Below are positions 20,742 to 29,226 of a stretch of 64,000 bases of DNA, in pieces. The notes under the pieces were generated by a model. That model saw nothing but the letters and a program-made list of their open reading frames with translations, was not told the origin of the DNA and did not search any database. Source of the DNA: Candidatus Latescibacterota bacterium (GTDB taxonomy: Bacteria > Krumholzibacteriota > Krumholzibacteriia > JACNKJ01); contig JACKDC010000005.1 of the NCBI GenBank assembly GCA_020633725.1, positions 172,135-236,134 on the forward strand. The letters are read 5' to 3'. The position numbers and the translations under genes were made by a program. The first letter of the stretch is position 1, and each line of letters opens with the position of its first letter.

Positions 20742-21781
20742 GACAGCACTCCCATGCGCTCGAGTTCGGCGAGCACCCTGGGGGCGTCGATGGCGCGGAG
20801 GCAGTCGGCGTGACCGTAGCGGCAGGGCTTCTCGCCGTGCAGCGCGCAGGGCCGGCAGGCCAGCGGCCGTTCGAGCACCCGGCTGTCCGCGAGTCGCGGG
20901 CCAAAGCCGAAGGCGGGCACGGTGGGACCGAAGAGCGTCAGCACGGGCACGCCCACGGCTTCGGCGAGGTGGGCGAGGCCGCTGTCGCCGCCGACCAGCA
21001 CGCGGCCGCGGGACAACGCCGCAGCGACGCGCGGCAGCGGCCGGTCGCCGGTGTAGTCCACGACGCCCTCGCCGGCGAGACTGGCGGCGAGACGCCGGTC
21101 GTCGGGCCCGCCCACCAGCAGCACGGGCAGCCAGCCGCGCAGTCCGTTCACGAGCGCGTCGACGTGGGGCCAGGTCTTGGCGGGCCAGGCCGCGCCGGGC
21201 GCGACGAGCACGGGGTCGTCCGCCGTGGCGAGTCCCAGGCTGGCCAGCTCGGCGTCCACGCTTCGGCGCAGCTCCGCGTCCAGCGGATAGACGGGACCCG
21301 CACAGCCCGCCGATTGCCGGTAGGCCGTGCCGAAGGCGCGGCGGACCGTCTCGCGATGCCGCTGCCACACGGGCGTGAGCGGCGCGCGCGGTCGCCAGGC
21401 CGACGGCCAGCCGGGGCGCGAGAGCATCGCGCGCCGGCGGAGATCGTGGCGCGGCGTGCTCCACCAGCCCGCCGGCGGCGTGGCCAGGCGGCGGCGGAGC
21501 AGCCGGCTGCGCAGGTTCACGTGGAAGTCCAGCACGCGGTCGAAGCCCTCGTCGTCCAGCGCGCGCGCGAGCCCCGTCAGCGCGCGGCGGTCGCCGCCAC
21601 GGGGAAAGCTCCACACGCGTCGCAGGGTGTCGATGGGGGCGAGCAGCGAACTCCACGGCTCGAGCGTGAGGAAGTGCCGCTCGTGCTCGGGTCCCGGCTC
21701 GCTGGCCTCCAGATCGCGCAGCGCCGGGAGCGTGAGCACGAGGTCGCCCAGGGAGCCGAAGCGGATGAGGAGTGTCTTCAT
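20738..21781 (-). CDS. Glycosyltransferase family 9 (LPS heptosyltransferase-like)
   Basis: N-terminal LIRFGSLGDLVLTLPALRDL, C-terminal GGDSGLAHLAEAVGVP. Confidence 0.8.
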   Translation of the reverse strand: MKTLLIRFGSLGDLVLTLPALRDLEASEPGPEHERHFLTLEPWSSLLAPIDTLRRVWSFPRGGDRRALTGLARALDDEGFDRVLDFHVNLRSRLLRRRLATPPAGWWSTPRHDLRRRAMLSRPGWPSAWRPRAPLTPVWQRHRETVRRAFGTAYRQSAGCAGPVYPLDAELRRSVDAELASLGLATADDPVLVAPGAAWPAKTWPHVDALVNGLRGWLPVLLVGGPDDRRLAASLAGEGVVDYTGDRPLPRVAAALSRGRVLVGGDSGLAHLAEAVGVPVLTLFGPTVPAFGFGPRLADSRVLERPLACRPCALHGEKPCRYGHADCLRAIDAPRVLAELERMGVLS

Positions 21782-21915
21782 GGCGGGGCGTCCCGGCTGC
21801 GGCGCCCGCCCTGCGCGGGACCGTCGCCATGGTGGACTGCGCGGCGCGCAGCGTCAAGCCGCCCGCTTCTCTGTTGACACTCGGCGCGTCGCGCGGGAAG
21901 CTGCGAACGAAGACC

Positions 21916-22911
21916 ATGGAGCAACCCCCCGACGCCACGGGCCTGCACGCCCACGACCTCCGCCACTACCTCAGCCTGCTGGCCTGCGATCTCCGCCTCA
22001 CCCGCGAGCGACTGGCCGAGACGGCCGAGGACGCCCCCGCGCGCGCCACGGCGCTGGCCGGGCTCCTGGCCCGACTCGACGCGGGCCTCGCCGAACTCGA
22101 CGCGTCCCTGCGCGGGCATCGCGGCCCGGCGCCGGTCACCGCCCCGGACGGCGACCTCGCGCCGCTGGTCGAACGCCTCTGGCGTTCCTTCCTGCGCGCC
22201 GGCCGCCTGCGCCCCGGGAAGGCCGCGCTCCACCTGGCGCGTCCCCTGCTCTGGCCCGGCGATCCGAAGCAGTGGCAGAGCCTGGTGATGAACCTCCTCG
22301 AAAACGCCTGCAAGGCCGCTCCGGACGGCCCGGTGCGTCTGGAGGCCGACGGCGAGCGGCTCAGCGTGAGCAACGGCGGCGCGCCGCCCGCGGAGGCGCT
22401 GCTGCGGGCGCTCGCCGACGGCGTGGCGCCGCCCGCACGGGCCGACGGGCACGGCCAGGGCCTCGGCCTCATCCTCGCCGCGGCCAGCGCTCTGCATCTG
22501 CGCGTGGAGCCGGCGCTGGAGCCCGGCCGCTTCACGCTGAACCTGTTCCGCGCGGTCGCCGGCGCGCCGTCCCTGCTCCTCGTCGAGGACGACGAGGACC
22601 TGCGCGCCATGCTCGCGGAGTACCTCCGCGCCGAGGGCTTTCGGGTCGAGGCGAGCGCGGACGCCGCCGAGCTCGCGCCCGCGGCGGGCCGCTACCGGGC
22701 CGTGGTCGCCGACCTCAACCTGCCCGGCACGGGGGGCGGCGCGCTGCTCGCCGCCTGGCGAGCGGCCGATCCGGGGCTCGTCACGGTCCTGCTCACGGGC
22801 GACAGCGAGGCGCAGGAGCGGGACTGGCCAGGTGTGGACGCGGTGCTCATCAAGCCGGGACTCGGCCGGCTGCTGGAGTTGCTGGCGCCGCTGAAGGGGG
22901 ACGGACGGTGA
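21916..22911 (+). CDS. Soluble hybrid histidine kinase (HisKA/HATPase + receiver), no sensor or TM domain
   Basis: H-box HAHDLRHYL, N-box LLENACKA, G-box GHGQGLGL, then receiver LLLVEDDEDLR...VVADLNLPG...LIKP. Confidence 0.7.
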   Translation: MEQPPDATGLHAHDLRHYLSLLACDLRLTRERLAETAEDAPARATALAGLLARLDAGLAELDASLRGHRGPAPVTAPDGDLAPLVERLWRSFLRAGRLRPGKAALHLARPLLWPGDPKQWQSLVMNLLENACKAAPDGPVRLEADGERLSVSNGGAPPAEALLRALADGVAPPARADGHGQGLGLILAAASALHLRVEPALEPGRFTLNLFRAVAGAPSLLLVEDDEDLRAMLAEYLRAEGFRVEASADAAELAPAAGRYRAVVADLNLPGTGGGALLAAWRAADPGLVTVLLTGDSEAQERDWPGVDAVLIKPGLGRLLELLAPLKGDGR

Positions 22912-24152
22912 CCGTCAACCTGGTGCTCGCCGGAATCTGCATCGCGCTGCTGGGCGCCTCGGCCTTCTTCTCCGGATCGGAGACCGCGCTCTTCGCGCTC
23001 GATCCCCGGCAGCGCCACGAGCTCGCGCGGAGCACCGATCCCGCGGCGCGCCGCGTGACGACGCTGCTGCGCGAGCTGGGCACCGTGCTCGTCACGCTGC
23101 TGGTGGGCAACACGATGGTGAACATCTTCCTGGCGGTGCTGTCGACGCGGCTCATCCTGCGCACGCTGGGACCCGAGCACGGCCCGCTGGTGAGCCTGGT
23201 GGGCGTGACCGGCGTGCTCGTCATCTTCGGAGAGATCCTGCCCAAGAGCGTGGCCGTGAACTCGCCGCGGCGCTACGCGATGCGGGTGAGCGGGCCGCTG
23301 GCCCGCACGCGCCGCCTGCTGAGCGGTCCCACGCGGCTCTTCCGTCGCATCAGCCGTCTCGTGCTCGACGTGCTCGACCGCGTCGTGCCCGGCGACCGCC
23401 TCGAGATGCAGGGCGACGAGATGCTCGGCCTGCTGAGCCTCGGCGAGGAGAGCGGCAGCTTCGGGGCGCGGGAGCGCCAGCTGGCGGAGGGGGTCTTCCA
23501 GCTCGGCGACCTGTCCGTGGAGGACGTGATGACGCCGCGCGTGGACCTCTTCCTGCTCGACGCCGCCACGCCCGCCGGGGAGGCGGCGGCGGCGATGCGC
23601 CGCACCGGGCACAGCCTCGCGCCCGTGACGGGCGAGACCAGCGATCACGTCCTCGGCCTGGTGCAGGCCCTGGCGCTGCTCGCCGAAGACGACCCCGCGC
23701 GCCCCGTGGGCGAGCTGGTGACACCGGCGGAGTACTGTCCCGAGACGCAGAAGGCGGGCTCCCTGCTCATGGAGCTGCTGGAGAAGGGCGCGCCGCTGGC
23801 CGTCGTGCTCGACGAGTACGGCGCCCTCGCGGGGCTGGCCACGCTCGAGGACCTCTTCGAGGTCGTGGTGGGAGACATCCGCGACAGCCACGACAGCGAA
23901 AGCCTCCGCTACCACATGCCCACGCCGAACACGCTGATCGCCTCGAGCCGCCTGCCCGCCGAGCGCGTGAAGGAACTGCTGGGTGTCGCGCTCAGCCCGG
24001 GCAGCGCCGAGACCCTGGGTGGGCGCCTCATGGAGGCCCTGGGCGAGGTGCCGGAGATCGGCAGGCCCTACGCGCTCGACGGCCTCGTGTGGACGGTCCT
24101 GTCGGCCCGCGGGCCGGCCCTCGGCACGCTGCGCCTGGAGCGTCGTCCATGA
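22908..24152 (+). CDS. CNNM/HlyC-CorC family protein (DUF21 + CBS pair + CorC_HlyC)
   Basis: FFSGSETALFAL, GEILPKS, CBS region, C-terminal transporter-associated domain. The GTG overlaps the upstream stop codon. Confidence 0.85.
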   Translation: MTVNLVLAGICIALLGASAFFSGSETALFALDPRQRHELARSTDPAARRVTTLLRELGTVLVTLLVGNTMVNIFLAVLSTRLILRTLGPEHGPLVSLVGVTGVLVIFGEILPKSVAVNSPRRYAMRVSGPLARTRRLLSGPTRLFRRISRLVLDVLDRVVPGDRLEMQGDEMLGLLSLGEESGSFGARERQLAEGVFQLGDLSVEDVMTPRVDLFLLDAATPAGEAAAAMRRTGHSLAPVTGETSDHVLGLVQALALLAEDDPARPVGELVTPAEYCPETQKAGSLLMELLEKGAPLAVVLDEYGALAGLATLEDLFEVVVGDIRDSHDSESLRYHMPTPNTLIASSRLPAERVKELLGVALSPGSAETLGGRLMEALGEVPEIGRPYALDGLVWTVLSARGPALGTLRLERRP

Positions 24153-25177
24153 GCATGTCGCTCTGGCTGCTCCTGCTGCTGCTCGCCCTGACGGGCACGG
24201 CCTACTTCTCCGGCAGCGAGACCGCCGTGGTCACGGCCGGCCGGCTGCGCCACCGCGCCGAGCGCGACCGCGGCCGGCGCATGGCGGCGCTGGCGGAGCG
24301 CCTCTACCGTCGCCCCGAGCACACGCTGTCGGTGCTGCTGCTGGGCACGAACCTCGTGAACGTGCTCGCCTCGATCGCGGCGCTGATTCTCACCGAGGCC
24401 GCGCTCGAGCGCTGGGGTCTGCACGTCTCCGCCTTCTGGAGCGATCTGCTCTCCGCGCTCTGGGTCTCGCCGCTGGTCCTGCTGCTCGGCGAGATCCTGC
24501 CCAAGAGCGTCGGCCACCACTACGCCTTCCGCCTGTCGCGGCTGAGCGCGCCGCTGCTGCTCGCGTTCTACACCGTGCTCCTGCCCCTGGTCTGGCTGAT
24601 CGACGGCATCCTCTGGGTCCTCCATCGCCTGCCCGGGCTGCGGGGCGGCGACTCCATGGACCAGGTGTCCTGGGACACGGTGCGCCTCCACCTGGAGGCC
24701 GCGCGCGCGGCCGGGGTGGTGGCCGTCGAGCAGGAGCGGGCGATCCAGCGGATCGGGCTGCTGGGCGGTCTCGACGCCGAGCGGCTCATGCGCCCGCTCG
24801 ACTCGCTCTGCCTCTTCCCGGCCAGCGGCAGCGTCGACGATCTGCGCCGGCTGCTGGTGGAGACCGGCAGCCGCGAGGCCTTCCTCTACGAGGGGCGGCG
24901 GACGCGCATCGCCGGCGTGCTCCCCGCCCGGCGCCTGCTGGGGCGTGGGGGCGAGCCGGACCTGCGCGCGCTGCAGAGCCCGCTGGTCTCCCTCCACCGC
25001 CAGATCCCCGCGCTGGAGATCCTGGACACCCTGCAGCCCACGGGCCGCAAGCTCGCCGTCGTCGCCGACACGGCGGGCGAGGCGCGCGGCGTGGTCTTCC
25101 TGGAGGACCTCCTGCGGGAGCTGCTCCTGAAGGCGCCCCGCGAGTGGGACAGCGAGGTCCTCAACTCCGCTGGGTGA
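24149..25177 (+). CDS. DUF21/CBS-domain membrane protein (CNNM paralogue lacking CorC_HlyC tail)
   Basis: YFSGSETAVVT, GEILPKSVG. The ATG overlaps the upstream stop codon (ATGA). Confidence 0.75.
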   Translation: MSMSLWLLLLLLALTGTAYFSGSETAVVTAGRLRHRAERDRGRRMAALAERLYRRPEHTLSVLLLGTNLVNVLASIAALILTEAALERWGLHVSAFWSDLLSALWVSPLVLLLGEILPKSVGHHYAFRLSRLSAPLLLAFYTVLLPLVWLIDGILWVLHRLPGLRGGDSMDQVSWDTVRLHLEAARAAGVVAVEQERAIQRIGLLGGLDAERLMRPLDSLCLFPASGSVDDLRRLLVETGSREAFLYEGRRTRIAGVLPARRLLGRGGEPDLRALQSPLVSLHRQIPALEILDTLQPTGRKLAVVADTAGEARGVVFLEDLLRELLLKAPREWDSEVLNSAG

Positions 25178-25228
25178 GTCCCGTTTACCGGACAGACCGC
25201 TCGCCGCATGAGGAATAGCGAAGGATTG

Positions 25229-25257
25229 TTGACCGCAGGGCCACCTTTTCTTATTTT
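25229..25257 (+). promoter_or_regulatory. Candidate sigma70 promoter (TTGACC-N17-TATTTT)
   Basis: Lies in a 122-nt AT-richer gap upstream of the first XRE-cupin gene. GGAAGGAG RBS follows. Confidence 0.4.
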
Positions 25258-25299
25258 TTCCTCACCTCACTGCACCGTCGCTTTGGAAGGAGTGTAGCC

Positions 25300-25866
25300 A
25301 TGCAAGCCCTGGGCAAGGCCGAGATCGGCGAGCGCCTGAAGCGCTACCGTCTCGAGAAGAAGCTCACGCTCAAGGAGATCGAAGCGCTGAGCGGCGTGTC
25401 CGCGACGCACATCTCGGAGATCGAACGCGGAAAGTCCAGTCCGACGGTCGGCGCCCTCACCCGGATCGCCAAGGCCATGGGGACCGAGGCCGCCTACTTC
25501 GTCGAGGCGGAGGAACTGCCGCAGGTGAACCTGCTGGGCGCCGGCAGCCGCAGACGCTACCGCTTCATGGAGCCGCCGGTCTCCATCGAGTCCCTCTCGG
25601 GCAGCGTTCCGCACTCGCGCATGTCCGTGATGCTCATGACCTGGGACAAGGGAGCGGTGTCCACGGGCGAGGTGAATCGCCACGAGGGCGAGGAGTTCAT
25701 CCTCGTGCGCAAGGGCATCCTCGAAGTGTACGTGGAGGAGGAGCGCTACATCCTCAAGGAGGGTGACAGCCTGCACTACCACGCGTCGAGTCCGCACCGC
25801 ATCGAGAACATCGGCGACGCAGCCTGCGAGGCACTGGTGGTCACCGTGCCCAGCTTCAAGATCTAG
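25300..25866 (+). CDS. XRE-family HTH + cupin-domain transcriptional regulator
   Basis: LTLKEIEALSGVSATHISEIERGKSSPTVGALTRIAKAMG plus a C-terminal cupin (HEGEEF...GDSLHY...PHRIEN). Confidence 0.85.
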   Translation: MQALGKAEIGERLKRYRLEKKLTLKEIEALSGVSATHISEIERGKSSPTVGALTRIAKAMGTEAAYFVEAEELPQVNLLGAGSRRRYRFMEPPVSIESLSGSVPHSRMSVMLMTWDKGAVSTGEVNRHEGEEFILVRKGILEVYVEEERYILKEGDSLHYHASSPHRIENIGDAACEALVVTVPSFKI

Positions 25867-25875
25867 GAGGGCGCA

Positions 25876-26445
25876 ATGGAGATCCAGGAACTGGGCGCGC
25901 GCATCAAGCGCATCCGCAAGGGCAAGAGCATGACGCTCAAGGACATCGAGGCGCGCAGCCACGTGTCGGCCACGCACATCTCGGAGATCGAGCGCGGCAA
26001 GACCAGCCCGACGATCGGCGCCCTCTCGCGCATCGCGGCGGCGCTCGGCAAGGACACGGCCTTCTTCCTCGAGACGCAGAACCTCGACGACGTGAGCCAC
26101 ATCAAGTACGAGGAGCGCGCGAAGGAGGGCTTCAAGTCGGCCAAGGGCTTCTTCCAGCGCTTGACCCGCGGCATTCCCGGCGGCAGGTTGCAGGTCTACC
26201 GCCTGCATCTCGACCCCGGGGCGGAACTCAAGTACAGCCACCCGTCCCAGGAGGGGGAGGCCACCATGGTGCTCGAGCAGGGACGGCTCGAGTTCACCGT
26301 CGAGGACGAGAGCTTCACCATGGGGCCCGGCGACAGCATGCACTTCACGGAGATCTTCGCGCCCGCGGTGCGCAACCTCTCGACGACGGACCCGGCGGAT
26401 CTGGTCCTGATCAGCATCCGCCGTCACAGCATCGACACGCTGTAG
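25876..26445 (+). CDS. XRE-family HTH + cupin-domain transcriptional regulator (tandem paralogue)
   Basis: MTLKDIEARSHVSATHISEIERGKTSPTIGALSRIAAALG plus a cupin-like C-terminus. AGGAGG RBS. Confidence 0.85.
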   Translation: MEIQELGARIKRIRKGKSMTLKDIEARSHVSATHISEIERGKTSPTIGALSRIAAALGKDTAFFLETQNLDDVSHIKYEERAKEGFKSAKGFFQRLTRGIPGGRLQVYRLHLDPGAELKYSHPSQEGEATMVLEQGRLEFTVEDESFTMGPGDSMHFTEIFAPAVRNLSTTDPADLVLISIRRHSIDTL

Positions 26446-26465
26446 ACGACGACCAGGAGGCGAGC

Positions 26466-26798
26466 GTGAGCCAGCCCGATTCCCGCGATCTGCTCTTCCT
26501 CAGTCTCATCTTCAACCTGCAGGCCGCCGCCATGCAGCAGCTCGGGAAGATGGTCAGCCCGCTCAGCGGCAAGATCGAGCGCGACCTCGCCGCCGCGAAG
26601 CAGAGCATCGATCTGCTGGAGAGCCTCGAGCGCAAGACCCGGGGCAACCTCAGCGCCGACGAAGCGCGGGCCATGCAGGACATCCTGACCACCCTGCGCC
26701 TGAACTACGTCGACGAGCTGAAGCGCGGCGAGACGCCGGACGAGACCCCGGCACCGCCGGCGCAGAACGACGAGGCCGCCGGTGGCGCGACGTCCTGA
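26466..26798 (+). CDS. DUF1844-like small protein
   Basis: LFLSLIFNLQAAAMQQLGK...GKIERDL..AKQSIDLLE.L..KT.GNL pattern. GTG start preceded by AGGAGG. Confidence 0.65.
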   Translation: MSQPDSRDLLFLSLIFNLQAAAMQQLGKMVSPLSGKIERDLAAAKQSIDLLESLERKTRGNLSADEARAMQDILTTLRLNYVDELKRGETPDETPAPPAQNDEAAGGATS

Positions 26799-28203
26799 CG
26801 CGGGTCGCCGCACGCGGCGCGCCGCCGCGGCGCTGCTGATCGCCGCCGTCTGGGCGGCGCCGGCGCTCGCCGGCTTCGGCCTGCCCGAAACCCAGGGCCT
26901 CCTGCACGTGCGCAGCGACGAGACCACCGGCCTCGGCGCGCTGGGCTTCGTGCTGGGCGAGTCCTACTACTACCAGGACGTCGGGCAGAGCAGCCGCTAC
27001 CACTGGTACACGATGCGGCTGGGCCTGGCGTTCGGCCTCGGCGAGGCCGGGCACGTCACCTACGACCAGCGGCTCGTCGGCCTCATGCGCTTCGCGGCGC
27101 CCCAGGACGGCGACCTGTCGGCGGCCATCGGCGACTCGGACTGGACCGCGGGCCTCGGCGACGCCGACCTCGGCCTCAAGCTCACGCTCCCGCTGCCCGG
27201 TTCGCGGCTGCATCTCGCCGCCGAGGGCGCCCTGCGCCTGCCGGTGGGGGATACGCAGCGCCGCTTCAGCAGCGAGTCGCGCGACTACGAGGCCGTGGGC
27301 ATCCTCAGCGTCGATCTCCTGCGCGGGGGCAGCTTCGTGCCGACGCGACTGCATCTCAACGCCGGCATCCGCGCGAATCGCGGCCGGCTGGGCAGCGGCC
27401 TGGGGCCGACGCCCACGGCCGCGGGCTGGCAGGGCGTCTATCCGCCCTACGTGCCGGCGCTGGAGGACGGACTGTCGGAGGACCGCATCCGCCAGGGCCT
27501 CTTCGGCGTCGGCCTCGAGTTCCTCGGCACGCGGATGCGCCTCTACGGCGAGCTGAGCGTCGACCTGCTCTACCAGCTCGAGAGCGACGCGGTGATGACC
27601 CGCCGTGAGGAGCCCTGGCGCCTCGGGCTCGGCTTCCGCTCGCGGGGGCCCTGGAACCTCGAGTTCAGCGGCGGCTTCGACCTGGACCTGTCCCGCGACG
27701 ACTTCGACACCGCCTTCGTGCCGGAGTACCCCGGGCTGGTCACGAGCATCGCGGTGCGCAAGGACTGGCAGGCGCTGGCCGGCGACCCCGACGGCGACGG
27801 CATCCGCGGCGACGACGACCTCTGCCCCGACCGCCCCGAGGATCTCGACGGCTTCGAGGACGCCGACGGCTGTCCCGACCCCGACAACGACCGCGACGGC
27901 GTCCCCGACCTCATCGACCTCGCGCCCAACCTGCCCGAGGACATCGACGGCTTCGAGGACGGCGACGGCCGCCCCGATCTGGACAACGACAACGACGGGA
28001 TTCCCGACGACGAGGATCTCTGCCCGGATCGGCCCGAGGACTACGACGGGGTGGAGGACGACGACGGCTGTCCCGACCGCGCCAGCGCGCCGCCGCTCAC
28101 GTCGCCCGGGGTCCCCGCCGCGCCTGCTCCCGCGGACTCCAGCGCCGCGCCGACGGACTCCCTGCCGCCCGCGCCCGCTCCCGGCGCGCCCGGCGCGCCC
28201 TAG
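26782..28203 (+). CDS. Secreted or outer-membrane protein with thrombospondin type-3-like Ca-binding repeats and Pro/Ala-rich tail
   Basis: Signal peptide ending in ALA-GF, beta-rich N-terminal 330 aa, then repeats DxDxDGxxDxxDxCP (nt 27781-28077). No OmpA-like C-terminal domain is visible. Confidence 0.7.
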   Translation: MARRPDAGRRTRRAAAALLIAAVWAAPALAGFGLPETQGLLHVRSDETTGLGALGFVLGESYYYQDVGQSSRYHWYTMRLGLAFGLGEAGHVTYDQRLVGLMRFAAPQDGDLSAAIGDSDWTAGLGDADLGLKLTLPLPGSRLHLAAEGALRLPVGDTQRRFSSESRDYEAVGILSVDLLRGGSFVPTRLHLNAGIRANRGRLGSGLGPTPTAAGWQGVYPPYVPALEDGLSEDRIRQGLFGVGLEFLGTRMRLYGELSVDLLYQLESDAVMTRREEPWRLGLGFRSRGPWNLEFSGGFDLDLSRDDFDTAFVPEYPGLVTSIAVRKDWQALAGDPDGDGIRGDDDLCPDRPEDLDGFEDADGCPDPDNDRDGVPDLIDLAPNLPEDIDGFEDGDGRPDLDNDNDGIPDDEDLCPDRPEDYDGVEDDDGCPDRASAPPLTSPGVPAAPAPADSSAAPTDSLPPAPAPGAPGAP

Positions 28204-29114
28204 TCCCCGCGCTCGCGTCCCTTGACGCGCTGCCACTCGGCCTCCATGCGCGCCAGATCGGCGTCCTCCAGCGACGTGCCCGCGGCGGCCAGCCCGGCCT
28301 CCATGGCCGCGAACCGGCGCAGGAACTTGGCGTTGGCCTGCTCGGCCACCGCTTCGGCGTCGAGGCCGAGCCAGCGGGCGAGGTTGGCGAGCACGAAGAG
28401 CACGTCGCCCAGCTCGTCGCTCGCGCGCACGAGCCCGGCGGGGTCGAGCTGCCCGCGATAGCGCGCGGAGGGGCTGGCCGTGCCGCCGGGGACGTCCGCG
28501 GGGAGAGCGGCCAGCTCACGGCGCAGCTCGGCGAGCTCCTCGTCGAGCTTCTCGAGCACGCCGGCGGGGCCGTCCCAGTCGAAGCCCACGCCCGCGGCCT
28601 TCTCCTGGTAGCGATGGCTCCGCGCCAGCGCGCCCAGGCTGCGCGGCAGCGGCTTGAGCAGCCCGGGCGGCGCGCCCTCGGCGTCGCGCTCGGCGCGCTT
28701 CACCTGCTCCCAGACGCGAAGCTGGGCGGCGCTGTCCGCCACGGGCGCGGCGAGCGCGCCGTCGGCGCCCGGAAACAGCTGCGGGTGACGGCGGCGGAGC
28801 TTGGCGTCGATGCCGTCGAGCGCCGCCTCGGCGGCGGCCTGCCCGCGGTCGCGGGCGAGGCGCTGCAGCCCGAAGAGCAGCAGGTAGGCGAGGTCGCCGA
28901 GCTCGGCGACCGTGCCGGCGGGGTCATCCTGCTCGCAGGCCTCGAGCCATTCGTGGCCCTCGTCGATCAGGTGGCGCGCCAGGTCGGGGAGGCGCTGCTC
29001 CCGGTCCCACGGGCAGCCGTCCGGCGCGAGGAGGCGGTCCAGCGTGCCCCAGAGCCGGGCGAGCGCCGCGTCGGGGAGGCGGGGGGCATCGTGCGCGTCG
29101 GGTCGAGTGGACAT
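28200..29114 (-). CDS. mazG: Nucleoside triphosphate pyrophosphohydrolase MazG
   Basis: GCPWDREQ and duplicated EELGD(L/V) motifs. ATG at 29114 preferred over the TTG at 29150. Confidence 0.85.
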   Translation of the reverse strand: MSTRPDAHDAPRLPDAALARLWGTLDRLLAPDGCPWDREQRLPDLARHLIDEGHEWLEACEQDDPAGTVAELGDLAYLLLFGLQRLARDRGQAAAEAALDGIDAKLRRRHPQLFPGADGALAAPVADSAAQLRVWEQVKRAERDAEGAPPGLLKPLPRSLGALARSHRYQEKAAGVGFDWDGPAGVLEKLDEELAELRRELAALPADVPGGTASPSARYRGQLDPAGLVRASDELGDVLFVLANLARWLGLDAEAVAEQANAKFLRRFAAMEAGLAAAGTSLEDADLARMEAEWQRVKGRERGD

Positions 29115-29167
29115 GGCGCACACCCTAGCACGGCGCGCCCGCGGGCTCAATCGCGCCCGCGCGCGCG

Positions 29168-29196
29168 TTGACGCTCCCGTCCCGGCGCGCTAAGCT
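29168..29196 (+). promoter_or_regulatory. Candidate sigma70 promoter for uvrA (TTGACG-N17-TAAGCT)
   Basis: Hexamers with 17-nt spacing, 31 nt upstream of the ATG at 29227. Confidence 0.3.
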
Positions 29197-29226
29197 CACG
29201 GATCACGCTGGAGGCCGCTGGAAAGC

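Noticed and set aside
19449-21938. A single 829-aa minus-strand ORF.
   Set aside because: Only the last 430 codons (from the GTG at 20741) look like Kdo transferase. The upstream extension runs through the GT9 gene in another frame and is R/A/P-rich. It is split into waaA and a separate GT9 CDS.
21327-24152. 941-aa + strand ORF, and 21772-22911 as the full-length kinase.
   Set aside because: In the first ORF only the final 414 codons (from the GTG at 22908) encode the CNNM protein. The remainder overlaps the GT9 gene antisense and the kinase out of frame. For the kinase, the ATG at 21916 avoids overlapping the divergent GT9 start.
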